A DNA stretch of 64,000 nt, taken from positions 2,418,001-2,482,000 of the forward strand of contig JAYWIR010000007.1 in assembly GCA_036172245.1 (NCBI GenBank). Direction: 5' to 3'. The notes under the pieces are model-generated. The model had not been told where the DNA came from. It saw only the letters and a list, made by a program, of their open reading frames with translations, and made no database searches. Both the position numbers and the translations under genes were made by a program. This DNA is from Raillietiella orientalis. Its lineage: Eukaryota. This document shows, in pieces, positions 11,900-26,075 of the stretch; within the stretch, counting starts at the first letter, position 1; each line of letters opens with the position of its first letter.

Positions 11900-13560
11900 A
11901 GGGAGGATCCTACTATCTCTCTTCTATCCAGGTGGCAAGCGACCTCGTCCTATGGTGGGATGAATACGGCCGCATCTCCAGGAAACTTTGCAGTTGCCAC
12001 TGATCTCTCGAGTTTCCTCTCTCCCTCCGACAGGCTGGCTGGGAGAGTGACGGCCTCCCAGTGAGGAGTCACCCTCGCCCCTCATCACGCCCAGAGGTGC
12101 ACGTCTGCATCCGGACAACCTCTGAGTAAGGATGATCCGGAGGGCGCAATGCGGGAAGCCCGAGTGGCATCTGGAGGAACGCGTGACGTCACCTCTTGAA
12201 GATCCACGGAAGCTCCCTCCCCAGGGGAACGGCGCTGTCGGCCGTGAGGTCACAGGTTCTGGCGTCGCTCTCCAAACGCCACCGAGGAAGGTATCAACCA
12301 GCTTCAAGGTACGCGACGGAGGGTCGTCCCTCCCTCGAGGGCAGGGGGACAGCTTCCTCATTCCTGGAAGGGGTTCAGAGGGTCGACTTCCAAATCCCGG
12401 TCACTCAGTGAAAGCATCTGGGGGTTTGCGGCCAGTGCTGTCCCCAAAGGCCACAGGCCAACCAGCACCATCTTGCGAGAGGGAATCGAAACCCATGACG
12501 CATCCATTTCTCGGCGTCGATCCTTCCCCTGGCGGGATTCGAATCTGCGACGCTTGGCACCGCACGCGGAGGCTTCAGCTACACAGCCGCCAACGACGGA
12601 TTCTTGGACGAGATCTTGGCTCCATTATGAGAGCCGAGACCCCCTCGAGTTCCCTCGGCACGAAGCAGCGGCTCGGGAACTTGGCCTCGACGCTGAAGAG
12701 GAACATGCCGACCAATACGAGAGCTCGGCTAGCTGACGTCACGACGACATTCCGTGTGAGGCTCCTGGACGCTTGGGCACGTTCTTCCTACGTCCAGCGA
12801 TCACCTTCGTGCAGCTAGCAGGATCTGTTCCTGCGAGTTTCGCTCCAGCTCATTGACCGAGAGCTCCAGTTAGGTGGGAAAACCTCGCACGTATTCCGTC
12901 TCTTCCTCTGTGGTGACACCCGCAGGCGAGAACGACACGCCTCGCGTTGCGTGCACCTGCTGCACCATCGTTTCTCTCGCCTCAAAGAACTGGCTGTACG
13001 CGACGGGATTCTCCTGACAGATTTTTTGTACTGCATACCGAGAGTATCGCCCTGGCATCGAAGACGATCGACTCTTCCTTTCGAGGCCCGAGGGTATAAC
13101 TGCCATCCAGATGTGACCAGACTCTTTTCCCCTTTCCTTAAGACTAGCCTTCTTACTCGACCTGTGCAAGAAATGTGCACGCTGGACGGCGCACGGAGTG
13201 TTTCAGAGATTTCTTGCTCGGATCGCACCTGAGTGGGAATCGCGTGGGCACTCACCCATCACGGCTGGGGTTACCAGCTCGCACCATCGCCCTCTCAAAG
13301 AGCAGAGGTGTCCCTTGTTTTCTGGGCCCGGAAGTGACCTTTCAAGGAGACGCGTGCATAGGTCACTCACCGTTTTTTTGCGATCGTGTGTCACCGAGCG
13401 CTCTGCTAGCACGCGTCTTCGCGGAAGCTGGTTCCTCCCTGATCGTACTGCGACGAAGGAAGATCACTTCTACAAAATGGCACCAGGGTATCCAGGCACG
13501 AACGATCCCTTGCTGTCAGCACACGAGCTCAAAGGAGCGTTCGTAGCGGGAAAGATGCTC
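11900..13560 (+). mobile_element. Same LINE family: 5' region, degenerate AP endonuclease and start of RT
   Basis: LFLCGD and DRLFLS endonuclease-like remnants; nucleotide homology to 26900-26990, 28540-28650 and 44330-44600. Confidence 0.6.
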
Positions 13561-13623
13561 ACAACGCAAGGTGAACCAGAAGACGGGCATCGTCGTTTAA
13601 TCATTGTCACTGCAAAAACATCA

Positions 13624-15560
13624 TTATTTATTGCACGTTGTAATGAGGGTTGATTCCAGCAATGCATTGCCCTGATCTTGGCGTGCCCATGAGTTGATGC
13701 TTCCGGATTTCAGATTGCCTTTCATGCACATCATTAGCCATGCATATTGGTATATGGCTGCGCACTTGTTGCAGGCAATCAGCGATTGGTTTTCATCACA
13801 GGCACACATGCATATGTGACAAATATTCGCCTATTAGCAAAAATTATTGCTCTCGTAAACAAACAAACTTTAATGAGGTTACAGTCGTGTAATTTATTTC
13901 CTATGCTGTCGCATTTCAGCTCTTACAAACAACGCATGTTTCATTATGCCTGTTGGACATAAAAACAACGTCCATCGCTTTCATTTGACAGAATACGAAC
14001 AGGCACTGAGATATTAGTGCTATAGTATTGATGTAGATTTTAAGTAGACAGTTGTAATAGACAGTAGTCAATGACTTGTCTTAACGATTATATCACATAT
14101 AATTGTTATAGTATATGTCAGCATATGATTGCCTTCTATGTTAATACTGATTATGACTTTTTTTTTTTTAATCCATCCTCAAGGTAGGATTGATGGCAAT
14201 ATAACCAACTCAACTCATTCTGTTTATTTTCTTGGAAAAAAATTATATATAGTGGTAATAGTGTTTCCGCTTCGGTTAAATCTCAAATTCTAATGTGCAG
14301 ATGAGCAGCATGTATGAGTGTCAAAAGCCTGCATAGGCCATTAGGAGCTCTCCATTAGGGATACCATGCTATTCATTGCTATTAAGAAAAAGTTCTTCGA
14401 GTTCTTCGAGTGTTTCGCCACGTTTCGTAAATCATCGCGGTTCTCTAGGACCATTAAGCAAGTTTTGTTTCGAGCAAACTCTCCTAAAAACCTCTCATTC
14501 GCTGAAATCACATAAAATCAAATTGTAATATCACGTTACAAAGTACTCCTTGCATATTACCTGATCTCGAATTCCCATATTTCGTTTTTCCTCTCAGAGA
14601 GATGAGAAAGCATTGATCGCCTGTAATCATTTGTATTTTACTATATTAATTCAGTAAATTGCACTGAAGTAATGTTTTAAATATGAATATGCTGTTCTAT
14701 GTCATTAAGTTTCTCATAAATCAGTGCTTTTTTTCTATTATTAATAGCAATGACACTATGAATCCTATCTTAAACGTGGTGAATCTGGTGTTGCATGTCG
14801 ATTCTTGCCAAAGGATTGCCGAGTTCAAGTGTAACATTATTCCAGGAACCTTACTAGCAATGGACATTAGTTTCTACTGGCTCATTCGTACATTAATTCC
14901 TTCAAGTGTATGAAGTACTGGAGTTCTCTTCGGTTCTAAACCAAAGAAATGTCCTCAGTTTCCAGAAGTCTGATTCGTGAAGAATGGGTTCTGTTATCAA
15001 GATTGTTCTGCTAACGATTATCTGCTTCATTTCTGAAAATTAAAAATAATCAAAAATTTCGAGTTTCTGTCTCTTAAAAAATTTTCCTTTCTCAAATGCA
15101 TTCCTCTATAGTAAAGTTTTGTCTCACCTTTTTATCATCTTTGTTAAAGACATTTAAACATTCATATTCTTGATTTTTTTTTTTTTTGGAAGCCCTAACT
15201 TCGTAATCATGTACTTTGACCATCTGGGTGCCATTTGTTAACTTCAGCTTCCCAGAGAAAAGAAACACTTTACAAGAAATAATGTTACCTGGAAATTACT
15301 TTCCTCACTTATATTGAAATGTCCCAGAAACCTAAATGTATATCAGTAATTTTCTCCTCAAGTTTCATTCATCACTTTTATAGTACAAGTGTTTCGTGCT
15401 TGGCGGTAAAAAAATATGGGCTCTGAAAGCATTTTTCAGCTGAAATTCTTTTCAAACTTGCGAAGTGATTTTGGACAAAGCAAAAAACATTCAGCAGAAA
15501 TAACGGGTGAGAATCAACGAATACGAAAATCTGTGGCTCATCACGTTCACCTACCTGGAT
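13624..15560 (-). pseudogene. Probable decayed, intron-containing RSF1/BAZ-like chromatin gene with a degenerate PHD finger
   Basis: A terminal exon-like segment reads ICHICMCACDENQSLIACNKCAAIYQYAW (PHD-like, later Zn ligands lost). Upstream GT-AG-bounded pieces give TRQSFGKNRH, DQCFLISLRG and VLENRDDL, weakly like the RSF1 N-terminal/WHIM region. Stops and frameshifts are present. Confidence 0.35.
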
Positions 15561-16188
15561 TGGCGAACTTCAGTGAATGCTAAAGCAAAGCGGGAACATA
15601 TAATTTGCAAAGATTTAAAACCACAGCTTTATTCACGGAACATTTTTGTCGTGAACTTTCAGAACCGTATAATGCTTACAGAGATTTATGTGTAAATGTT
15701 TTGATTATGCAGCATAATTTGTAAAGTGTACTTTGCCACATCAGGTCTCCGATTTCTTATACGCGTCTTTTCTTGAAAATTTTAATCATAGTTAGATACT
15801 GTTAATCATAGTTAGAAAGCACTGTTCTTACGTAAAGGGAATCTTTATCTGAGAAGTCGGAGATTTTGACTGAACACTAAATGGATGGAAAATAAGATGA
15901 TAAAAGATAAAAGCTAGATCCTTAAATAAAAGAGATAAAAGCTATGTTCCTTAAATGGAAAATTAGCATCATCATGCCTTAATTTCAAATCGTCGTCTAA
16001 AATTAATTTAATTATGAATCGATGGCAAAATATATTTGAAGTATGTGTTAAAAAAAAAAAAAAAAGGAATGGTGGCTAACATGAAAGGGGAAAGGTGTAC
16101 CTTTGGAAAGCGAAAATAGCAGCTGTGGAACATTTGCAAGTGCGGAAAAATGGAGGCGTACCTTTAGCTTAACCAAAAAGTCGAAGAC

Positions 16189-19100
16189 ATGTGTTCCTTG
16201 ACTGAAAACAAAGATGCTCTTGTGAAGCATTTGACTCATGAGTTTCATTTGCAGTTTAATTCTCCACCCGAGTATATTTCTCGCTGCTCAGGAAGGATAA
16301 ATCTGATAGGAGAACATGTTGATTACAATGACGGTTTGGTTTTACCAATGGTAATAATATATGTCAGTATTATGTATCATTGAAACATTTAAAATGTAGT
16401 GCATTGGATTATCAACATTCATTGCGGGAAGGAAAAATGATCTTCCGCTTTGTAGAATAAAAACTTTATCAGAAGCAGTCGATGAACCCAAATACGACGA
16501 AATTTCATTACTTGCCGAAGTTAAAGTTGATAGGCCCCATTGGACGAATTATATTAAAGGAATCATGAAATTCTTCCCCGGTATTGTGGTTCAGTTTATT
16601 TTTATAAATATTAATTAAAGAAATAATGGTCGTGAATATGACCTGTCGGATGTTGGCATTCTACAGCGTTCATTTCGATTGTTTCAATTATGGATGCTTG
16701 AAACATAACAAAAAATGTTTCAACAGCTTTTACTAAAGTAATAAATAATATTACGAAAATAATGAACATTTTCGCCGGGTTTGCTACAGACCGCATATTG
16801 TCTTGAGCATTTCACTTACACAGACATTGATGAATTTTTGTTTGCTTGAAGTTTGAAAAGAATTAAAGAGAATGAAGAAATTCAAATTGAGTTACAGATC
16901 ATTAAAATTGGATGAGAATGTTTATGTTGATGCTAGTCATGGTGAATGTGAAGATTAACATTTCAGGAAAGTGGAGATTTGAGAAACAAAAAGGATCATT
17001 TTTGCCAAAAGCATTCAATTCTAAAAGTTCATTTTATGTGTGAAGGTTATCTTCCCTTTTTTTCTCTTTTCCATAAACGTTGTTAGAGTAGGTACTACAT
17101 GTAAGTGACACTGTTAGGTATTGCCTTCCCTGAAGTCTGAGGTTTGGGACCATGATTGATTGTCTTTACTTCAGTATAGTTTAATCATCATATGATGATT
17201 TTATCAGCTATCTTTGTTCCTTTCATCTCTCTTTGTCAGATCATAATGGGACAAATATATAATAACAACTCTGGATAATGTAACAAAATAACTACTCTGT
17301 ATAACAATGCACACAACTTGTAAACACTTGATTCCAGTCTCAATGCATCATTTCCAAATTTCACTCGATAATGTAACTTGGTTGTTAAACACAGATCATT
17401 TCATTTCAAAAATTAAAATTAAATGAGAAACAAAAAAACTTTTTTCTTTGTTTTTAATTTATCATTCCTGATTATGAATTCATCCACAGCAATTACAAAC
17501 CCTGAGGAATAGTCAGTGTGCATTTTATAACACCACCTAAAGTGTTTTGCAAGCATATTTGTCAATGAAGAGTAACCATGGATCTCACTTACTAGAAAAT
17601 TGTCTTATTCTCTGTTTTATGTGAATCCATTTCCTGGCTCCCATAAATAATTATTACTTGTCACTGGAATTTCTTTTATAGGAATCCAGTGTCTCATGTG
17701 TAATGCTTCTAAGAATTAACTTGTCATATTTGTCAAACGGAAGTACTTTTGCATGCATTCACCTTTGAGTTGATTTCCTGTGGGCCCTTGTATTCATCAC
17801 GAAATTGATTGGATTTCTGAAGTGCAATGGAACCTCATTTTAGGACGGCATGATTTCAAACGAGAGTATTAAAGTAATGAATGTCAGTTATTAGTAGGAC
17901 AGCATGTGTACTATTGACTCTGTGCCGGTATCAGTAAGTGGTTTTTGTAGTTTCTGGTTCCGTAAATTCTGGATCGGAAAACAGCGATCACTTTAAGTAT
18001 GCATAAGGAATTCCAAAAACTTGCCAGCTGTAGTAACACTGACCGTCTGGGTTCATGTATGGATTTGTTCGCAAATCATACCGACTTGAGGAACTTTTAA
18101 CAAAATGTCCCCAAATGTAGGAGCGTTTTTAAGCAATTGGGAACTATTTTTTTGCCAAGAACGTATATTTTCCTCATCATGAAATGAGCGATGTAAGTAT
18201 GCAATAATACCGCAATGTTTGGCATGTTGCTGTTATCACCCTTGATGTTCTCTTGATGATACTCTTGGCATACCGGTGTACTCTTGTCAAGTACATTACT
18301 TTATTCTCAAGGGCCCAGTACGGGAATTGACGCTGTGATTTTGTCATCAGTTCCGATTGGTGCAGGATTATCCTCAAGTGCGTCTTTAGAAGTTGCCCTT
18401 TTCAGTCTTCTGGAAGCGGTGACAAACTGGCACACTGAAACGTAAGTCCAACAAGATTTTGCATCTCACGTTTTGAATCTGCAGGAAAGCACCTTGCTCC
18501 AAACGATTTGTACTGTTGTATAGAGCATGACTAGCACTTGGGCGGAATTTGGCCCCGCAATGTCTTTCGTTGATGTAAATGATCGGTGGTCAATAGTATA
18601 CCTTTTGGAAATATGCTAAGCATACGGAGTCGGGAAAGAATAGAATTACGACCGAAAGCCTTTACGGTTTTGGTCGTAATTCCAGAATTCCACCTCCACG
18701 GGATCCCCGTGGAAGTGGAAGATCTGAAGAAGAAAGCAATGGGCCCCAAGCAAGGGATGCACCCATGGTTCTCGAGGAAGAGACGCGTAATGGTTCCACA
18801 ATTAAAGAAATACTCTTGGCTTCCGATTACTTTCGTTGTGCAGTCGTGCAGAATGCTTCTAAACAGGTTTGGATTTGCAGGCTAACAGAGAAGGCAACGC
18901 TGTGCCAGCAAGCGGAGCACTTCGTTGGCGTGCCCTGTGGTATCATGGACCAGTATGTTACAGTGATGGGAATGGAAAATCACTTTTTGTTCATTGACTG
19001 CAGGTAATGTTGCCTTCACTGTTGTACCACCGTTTGCCGAAGTTTCAAAGTTAAGTTCTGATGCTTTCACTTCCTCACTTCGACCCCAGCTGCTGTAATC

Positions 19101-22100
19101 TGCTGGTCAAAGCATGTGATCAAAATACACCGTGATTGAAGGGGGAATCATCTGAGGTGGAGCGAACCCTCATCATTATTGGTAATCCCGTACGAACGGC
19201 CCGGAAACTCGCTTCCGTTTCGTGGACCCAAAGGGTGGAAAAACACATGGAAGATGAAACCTAAGCAGCATCTCCAAAGTATGAAAACTTCCCTGAGGAT
19301 CACAGCATTCAGGAACTGATTGGAGGCAATCATACAAAAACTCGTTTTCCAACATTAAGGGCCATTTCGTGGAGTATCGTAATTTCTACCTCCTACAGCG
19401 CATATCGGTTTAAGAGTACCCTTTCGGTCTCGTTCGTCGGGTGCTGGCTGCATAACATTGCAGTCCGGATTCGGAAATTGCCGTGCACGCGTATTCCAAC
19501 TGCATCAGGACTCCACACGTTTTGGATAGCAGCACACTGGGAATCAGGACGCTCGTTCAGAGGCTGAGCGGGCAGTATCTGGATCTATACTCACTTCCCT
19601 TGCTGCCGTTCTTCACCGAAGTGCACCATGGTGGAGCTCAGAACCGAGTCAAAGCTCATCGGTCTCTTACCTTTGAAATTTGGAGGACAGAACATCGTGA
19701 AGCACGCGATCTGAAATATCATGGAACTTCGTGCCACGGCGTTGCGCGTCGTTCGTCCCCATCTTCAGTGGTGAACGGTCGGTTTTCCGATCAGTACTCA
19801 CCAAGGAGCAATCTCTGTGCGCCTCAGCAATCGAATCCTTCGACGAGCTCTTTAGTTCAAAACGTGCTTAGCGCAGACATGAGGTAGTGGGCAGGAAACC
19901 ATGTCCCCATTTTACGCCCGAAACACAGGCACCCTGATCGTTCATTGGGTTGAAATTGCTGCTTCGCTTTACACGCTAACGTTGTGAAGATCGTGAGCCA
20001 CGGTTTTCCTTTCTCATCTTCGTTCGGATGTACTACTGCTCAAAGGTAGAAGACTGATCTTTCTGGACGCTGACCGCCCCTTCAAAAAGATGCCTGACCC
20101 TTTCAGAAGTGCTCTAGAAAGAAGAGAACCAAATATAAAAAACCTCTCTACTCCCCTGTCGACTATAGTTGTTGGAATGACCGTCAGAGCCCTAATAGTT
20201 GGCTCTCTTGGGTCCTAGAATCCCCAGAATGAGGAGGCGATGTGCAGGCATACCTCGAGGGCATGTGGCTCCTTTGGTGTGGGTGGGTGCGACGTCTACT
20301 GGACCCATTAGTGAGGAAAACGCTCCGAATATCGATACCCAAGAATTGGTACCGACCTATGCGGATTTTTAGAGAGAGTTGTATAATCTCATACGAACAG
20401 AAGATGAAGATGGCGAAACCTGTCAAGACGCTGACCCCTGCATTGTTCACTCTGTAGAGTCATGGAGGCAGCCGCGATAATAGAGAGAAAAAGCTACCGA
20501 ACGAGTTGTTGCAGTCTGGTCCTTGGCCTGCTGTTGTCATGCGGACTGTCTGGAAGTCAGACGGCTGTTGCGAAAAGCAAATGCGAGTTCGATTACATCT
20601 TTTCTTAGAGGTATACGATTCAGGATGAGCTTTGTCTTTTTCTTTCTTCATGTTTGTTTTCTATTACAGGAAGATATCTCTTTTGACGTTCATTGTAAAC
20701 AAAAAAAAAAAACGCAGCTGCTGTCTACATGCGAAGCAGCAATTCTAGTATCTTCATCGGTACTCCGACGGGGAATCCGTGCACAGTCATCGACTTACAT
20801 TCAATGTTGAGCCTAATCCCAAGCCGCCACTTATTCCAATATCGGTGTTCAATTTCCACATTTTTGAGGCAGCTGTTGTTTCACCCTAGCAGCAAGTGTT
20901 GCCGAACTTCTAAATCGGATCTTTCGCTAGAGAACAAATGTGTACTCATTTGTTTGTAAGTGCAAGAATGAAAGCCATTTTATGGCAGACCTTACGACGT
21001 GCAGACAATCTTAAGCGCTTACTTAATTTTTTATTGAAAAGTCGAGAGGAAAAACCAGGCCAAGTCTGCAGGTCCGCCATATTGCAACCAATTTAAATCT
21101 GGGCTTATCAGCTGAAAAAGGGAAAGACTGCTAGCTCTGTCATTAGGCACGATTCTGTTTCTTTCCGATCGGTGTCTTGCATTTGCGTGGATGTGTCTTA
21201 CGAGAAAGTCGATGTTTTCGTCTCACAGTCCACACGAGTTCAGAACTTTCGGTCTAATCGGTTCGGGCTCATGGTCCAGAACATCGATAGCCTCAGTCTT
21301 TTGGAAGGGCCATCCCGTCTTTGCATAAAGAGTAATCGTGAAATTTGCAGGTCGCTGACTTCAACTCCCATTCCGTTCCTCAGCAGCGACGTGTCGATTC
21401 TAATCGTCGACACGGGAGTGCATCACGAATTGGCAAAGAGCGAGTACACCCTCCGAAGAAGCGACTGCGAGAACAGCGCCAAGATCTTGGGGGTGAGGAG
21501 CCTGAGAGACATCAGCTTGGACGAGCTCGAAGGTAACTCTTCTGGCCAAAAGTGGCCTCAAACAAAGGTGGAAAACGAGGCCAAGTAGGGTCGCGCGTTC
21601 ACTGTGCGCAGACGTGGGGAAGCGGCTCGTGTTCCCTAGTGAGGGAGGGGGGGGGGGGCGCTCCGTGTGGAGGAGAAAGGCTGAGCGAAATCGAACGCTG
21701 CAACTGGATTGTCGAATTCGATGAACCGGGTGCGACGCGGTCCACTCGTGCAGCAGCTCATCATCGCAGCGGATCCATGCCCGCAGTGTTTGGCCTTTTG
21801 CTGAACACTGCGGGCTGTTCGCTCGAGTTTCCTATCGCTTCCGGACAGTAACCAAGATGACACTGGCGCGTGTTCGAACCGGGGCGCGGGGATGCATTCT
21901 TCCGCAGCCGACATCTGCGCAAGCAGATGGCCTCGTCTGTAAGACTCTCGTTCAGCAAAGGAAGGTGTGCTGCCCGAAAGACTGTTCCTCCGCACGCACC
22001 ACGTCGTGAGCGAAATCGAGCGCTCGAAAAAGACGGTGGAAGCCCTGCTCGCCTGCGATTTCAGAGCCGTCGGCCGACTCCTTTACGAAAGCCACTTCTC

Positions 22101-22466
22101 CTTGCGGTAAGCAAAGATGAATTGCAAAACTCTGGCTCGAGCTTGCGTGTCCCCTCCCCTCGACGAAAAGGGACAAGTACGAAGTTTCTTGTGCGCAGTT
22201 GGACCAGATTGTTGACATACTGAGTGGCGTCGAAGGCGTCTATGGTTCACGCATGACCGGAGCCGGGTTCGGTGGCTGCGTCATCTCCTTGGTGCGTTGA
22301 GAGACGGACCCTCCTAGACGTGGTGTTGCTTTCAATGCTTGTTCAGGTCTCTTCGCCATCCGTAGGTGTAGCAGTCGAAATGCTGAAGAAGCATTACTCT
22401 CCGGACGTGGCCTACCACGTCTGCCATCCCACGGAAGGCTGCACCGTTCACAAAGTGAACTCGTGA
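16189..22466 (+). CDS. GALK1: Galactokinase (GHMP kinase family), 8 exons: 16189-16350, 16400-16580, 18312-18441, 18881-19003, 21351-21532, 21956-22106, 22171-22291, 22347-22466; about 389 aa
   Basis: The spliced translation has the galactokinase signature [15 protein letters not shown], the GHMP ATP loop [10 protein letters not shown], and [28 protein letters not shown] and [11 protein letters not shown]. All introns are GT-AG with compatible phases. AATAAA at 22566-22571. Confidence 0.95.
16700..17050 (+). mobile_element. Possible decayed Ty1/copia RT-RNase H fragment in GALK1 intron 2
   Basis: YRPHI (TRPDI-like) followed by YVDAS at plausible spacing; heavily eroded. Confidence 0.25.
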
Positions 22467-23649
22467 GCCCCTCTCTGCGGAGAGGTCGCTGCAACGTGCC
22501 TTCGCCGATCACGCCATCTGAGTGGTGCGCAGTGACGAGTGAACGCACTCACTGGAAATACTGGAAATAAACCCTTCTTATGCGGAATCACCCATCCCGT
22601 TCATGTATCTTCCGTTCGCCGTTGATTCTGAGCTGTACTGAATTGTGCGTCTTCTCTGCAGTCGATTTTCAGAGAAGTGCCGTTCCCCCCCCCCCCCACA
22701 CACACACACACTTATGGGGCAGGTGAGGACGGAGAGGCACCGTTCCCCGTGCTCCTTAAATTCGCTCCCGTTTCCTTTCAGACGTATTTGCTGTCTTATC
22801 TCTGTCACCTCCGAGGCAGCCCAGTTTCTCTGCGATGGCCAAGGAGGTCGCGTGCAGAATTATGGTTGCCTATCTTGAACTTTGCAAAGTATCAACCCCT
22901 GACATTGTGCGGCGCTCTTTTTGAATCGGATTGCCTAAGTGGCCTCAGACCCTTGTCAGGGCGCTCCTCTCTCCATCCCTCTGCGCATGTTTTCTTAAGC
23001 TGCGGCGCGCGGAGGCAGAGTGCTGCACTGCTATCTGTTCGATGCGGTTCGTGATCTTTGCTTTCTGACCTGGTGCATCGCTTCTATCAAGGATTGGCGA
23101 AGCGTTGGTCCTCCGGAGAGAGTCCCTCAGCCCCGTCATGGGTTCTCAGCGGCACCAGAAGCCCGGATTGCAGTGCAACTATAAGTGACCCAGTCCTCCT
23201 TAGGGGGTAAAAGTCCTCCAGCATTACATCCAGAGAGATTCAAATGCGAGCTTCATGTTCTGGATGCATGCTGGACATAGGTTCAGTTGAAAGGGTCTTT
23301 CAGTTCGTCACACACACACACACACACGAAGAAGGGTCTCTCCTGGCATTTTTTCTTCATCCCGAAGAGCATCGGAGCATCAAACTGCTGGGGGGATTCG
23401 ACAGCAAACATGCAGAAGCACGAGGAAATGCCAGAAGCAGGAAGGAAATCCAGATGGACACTGCCACTTCACCCGCTGATTCAAAGCGTCTGTCGAAGCC
23501 GGGTCTTCTCTTCTGCAGGTCTTCTAGTTGCCCGCAAACTTGAAGACCCGTGTCACTGCCCGCTGCCTCATTGCAATACGTAGTGTTCTGATAGGATCGA
23601 TGTGTCGCTGCCGGATGCATTCGAAATCAGATCGAACTACCAAACAGGC

Positions 23650-26075
23650 CGTGAACGGCGCTCTTTTTTTCCTTACGCAGGCAGTTTTCCACCGGATGGG
23701 GCAATCGGAAGATGACTTCTTGAGGCAAAGTCCGCAGAAACGTAAAAGAGAGGCAGAAAGAGAGAAAAAAAGCATGCATTTGATTCAGTTTGGTAGATTT
23801 AAGAATGCTATAAAACCCTTCCGACGGAACTGCAACTTCCTTGAGGTTTCAGGCACAGACATCGAAAGTTCCAGTGCACTACCCCTGTGGCGCTTGTCTA
23901 TTCTTCGCTCTTAGCATCGTGGTGACTTTTCAGTGGCTCTTCTGATCCCCAAATCAGAAACGGAACTGCAAAGCGGCCAAGAGCGGATCGGCAGAGAGGG
24001 AGGAGATACTTGCACGCATCCTCCCTCCATTTTTCGTTTCACGCGGTCAGTCTCCACACCGTCCTGGGCGTGCTCGAGGGAAATTCGCCCGAGGGCGTGC
24101 TCACTTGGCCGGTTCAGGTCGTCCTCTTGAGTCAGAGTCAAACTGGAGAGTCCCGCGCTCGTATCTACCTTTCCCCTTGCCCTCTTGCACGGAAATCTGC
24201 TGCCCAGCGAAATTTGAGGAATCAAATCCCCTCTCTCGGCAATCGAAAGAATGACCGCCGTCCGTTTTGTGGTGCATTTCTCTGGATGGAAACTTTGGGA
24301 TTCTTGGTAAATCGGTGCTGCTCCATCGAGAAACCGGTTCTCGAGTCCAGGCAGGATACGACTTCTTTAATATTCCGTGGTTAGTGAAGATCGGCTTCCC
24401 TGGCTCTGTTCGTTCTTTGTCCGAGCCTTAGTGCTGAAACACACATCTTCCTTGGCATCAACCCACTTGAAAGATTGGGTGCTTGCCCCTTTGATAGCTT
24501 TGACTGTTGATCTGCCATCCTCATTCGATGTCTGCTGTTGCAATGCCAACCAGATCCACAGGGCACTGGCGTTGTTCAGTGACCCATGCCATGAATCCTC
24601 TTGTCCCATGGCACTCCCTACCGGTTTCTGTAGAACTTGTGCGGCCCTATTGCAAGATCGGTTCTTGTTCCCTGTCTCGAAGTTTCACTCAGTCCTTTGA
24701 CCTACAAAGACTTTCTGTTCACTGTGCCGAAGACCTGCTCACCATATCTTTCCCACTGTGCACGCGATCCCGGATATGCCTCTTCTAACCGCGCACGAGG
24801 TCCCTTCAGTGACTTCGAAGCTAAATGAGTTACTGCTCACACGTGCAGTCTTCTTGTCGCTATTGCCACGTTACGGATGGAGCTTGCAAATCGAGGGCAC
24901 CCAAATTCTGCAATTTGTTCGAGAGCGTTCTGTAGAACGACGACTTCTTACTTCTACTTTTTGTCACTGGCGGTTTCTGTATCTCGACTTCTCGCCGGTC
25001 AGAACTGCGCAGTATCTCCGATCGATCTAAAAGATCCAGATTCTCTTACCTTTCATACAGACTTCTCCATGCCACGCTTACAGCCGACGTCGCAAAAGAG
25101 AATCCCTGGGTATATCCCCCCCCCCCCCCCCCTCGTACGAACAGTCAGGAGGAATCGAAGCGACCCTGTCTTGCAACAGTGCTGTCGTGCAGTTTCGTTA
25201 TCCAGACAGCTAGATTGCCTTTCGACAGATATGACTTGGCCACGAGCATGCGCCTCCTTTCCTGAGGTCTACAGCCTTCCGCCCACCCGAAGATTTTATC
25301 CTCGGCATCCTTATTTACTCGCTCGAGTTAAAGCCCTACTGTGCCTCGTGTCATTTGAGTGTTCAGGCACCGAAGTGTACACGTGTCTCTATCTGATGCA
25401 TGAGATGACGGCGAAAAGGAGGGCTCACATCCCACACGGTGCGCGGAACCACCTCTCCTTTTAGGAATCCGTTGAGAAGGGCCTTTATGTCCTGAGGAAA
25501 GTGGTTTTCGAAAATGACGACAAAGTGGACTGTCCTGATACAACAAAGTTTTCGACGTTCGTGTAAATCGCATGTGCTCAGGAGCTTAGGGAGGCAGTGG
25601 GTCCGAAGTCACGCAAACTAGCTTTTTCGACCAGCCAAGGCTGCACACTCGAACGATCGGTGCAGGCACGGTCATTGCAACGATCAGCTGCATCCGCGCC
25701 ATGGTCATGGGGCCCGCCACGTGTTGCAATCACGAGCGATAACCAGGGAGGTCACCAGGATTGCAGCCGCCAACATGAGGACGGCTGCTAGGTGGGCTCA
25801 TCTCAAGGAAGAGGCAAGGAGGAATCTCGCCGGCATTCAGCGCTAGTTCTGAAACAAAGGAACGTCCGAAACCAAAGACCGCTGTCCCCCACATCTTTTT
25901 TGTATTATATATATTTGTGATCTTCTCCTCCCTCCTATTCCAAACTTTCATGGTGCCCGACCTGCGTGTCGGGGAGCCCTCCCCTTGAACTCCTTATCCT
26001 TTAGTCTGGGAACCTGATTCCCAGCTGGTTTTCTCGTTTTTGGTTCAAAAACGCTCCGGCACAACCGGGTGATCA
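23650..26075 (+). mobile_element. Heavily degenerate L1/Tx1-like LINE (EN, RT and 3' end remnants)
   Basis: SRARIYLS (EN-like), LTVDLPSSFD...MALPTGFC (RT-like), CSPYLSHC, and the shared 3' terminal motif at ~26048-26071. Confidence 0.55.

Noticed and set aside
15781..15956. Two short tandem duplications upstream of GALK1
   Set aside because: Ordinary slippage duplications in AT-rich DNA with no sign of function.
19100..20650. Nested gene in GALK1 intron 4
   Set aside because: Only fragmentary frames, with a KNWYRP LINE-like remnant; most likely a decayed retroelement.
21908..21955. Upstream alternative acceptor for GALK1 exon 6
   Set aside because: It introduces an in-frame TAA.
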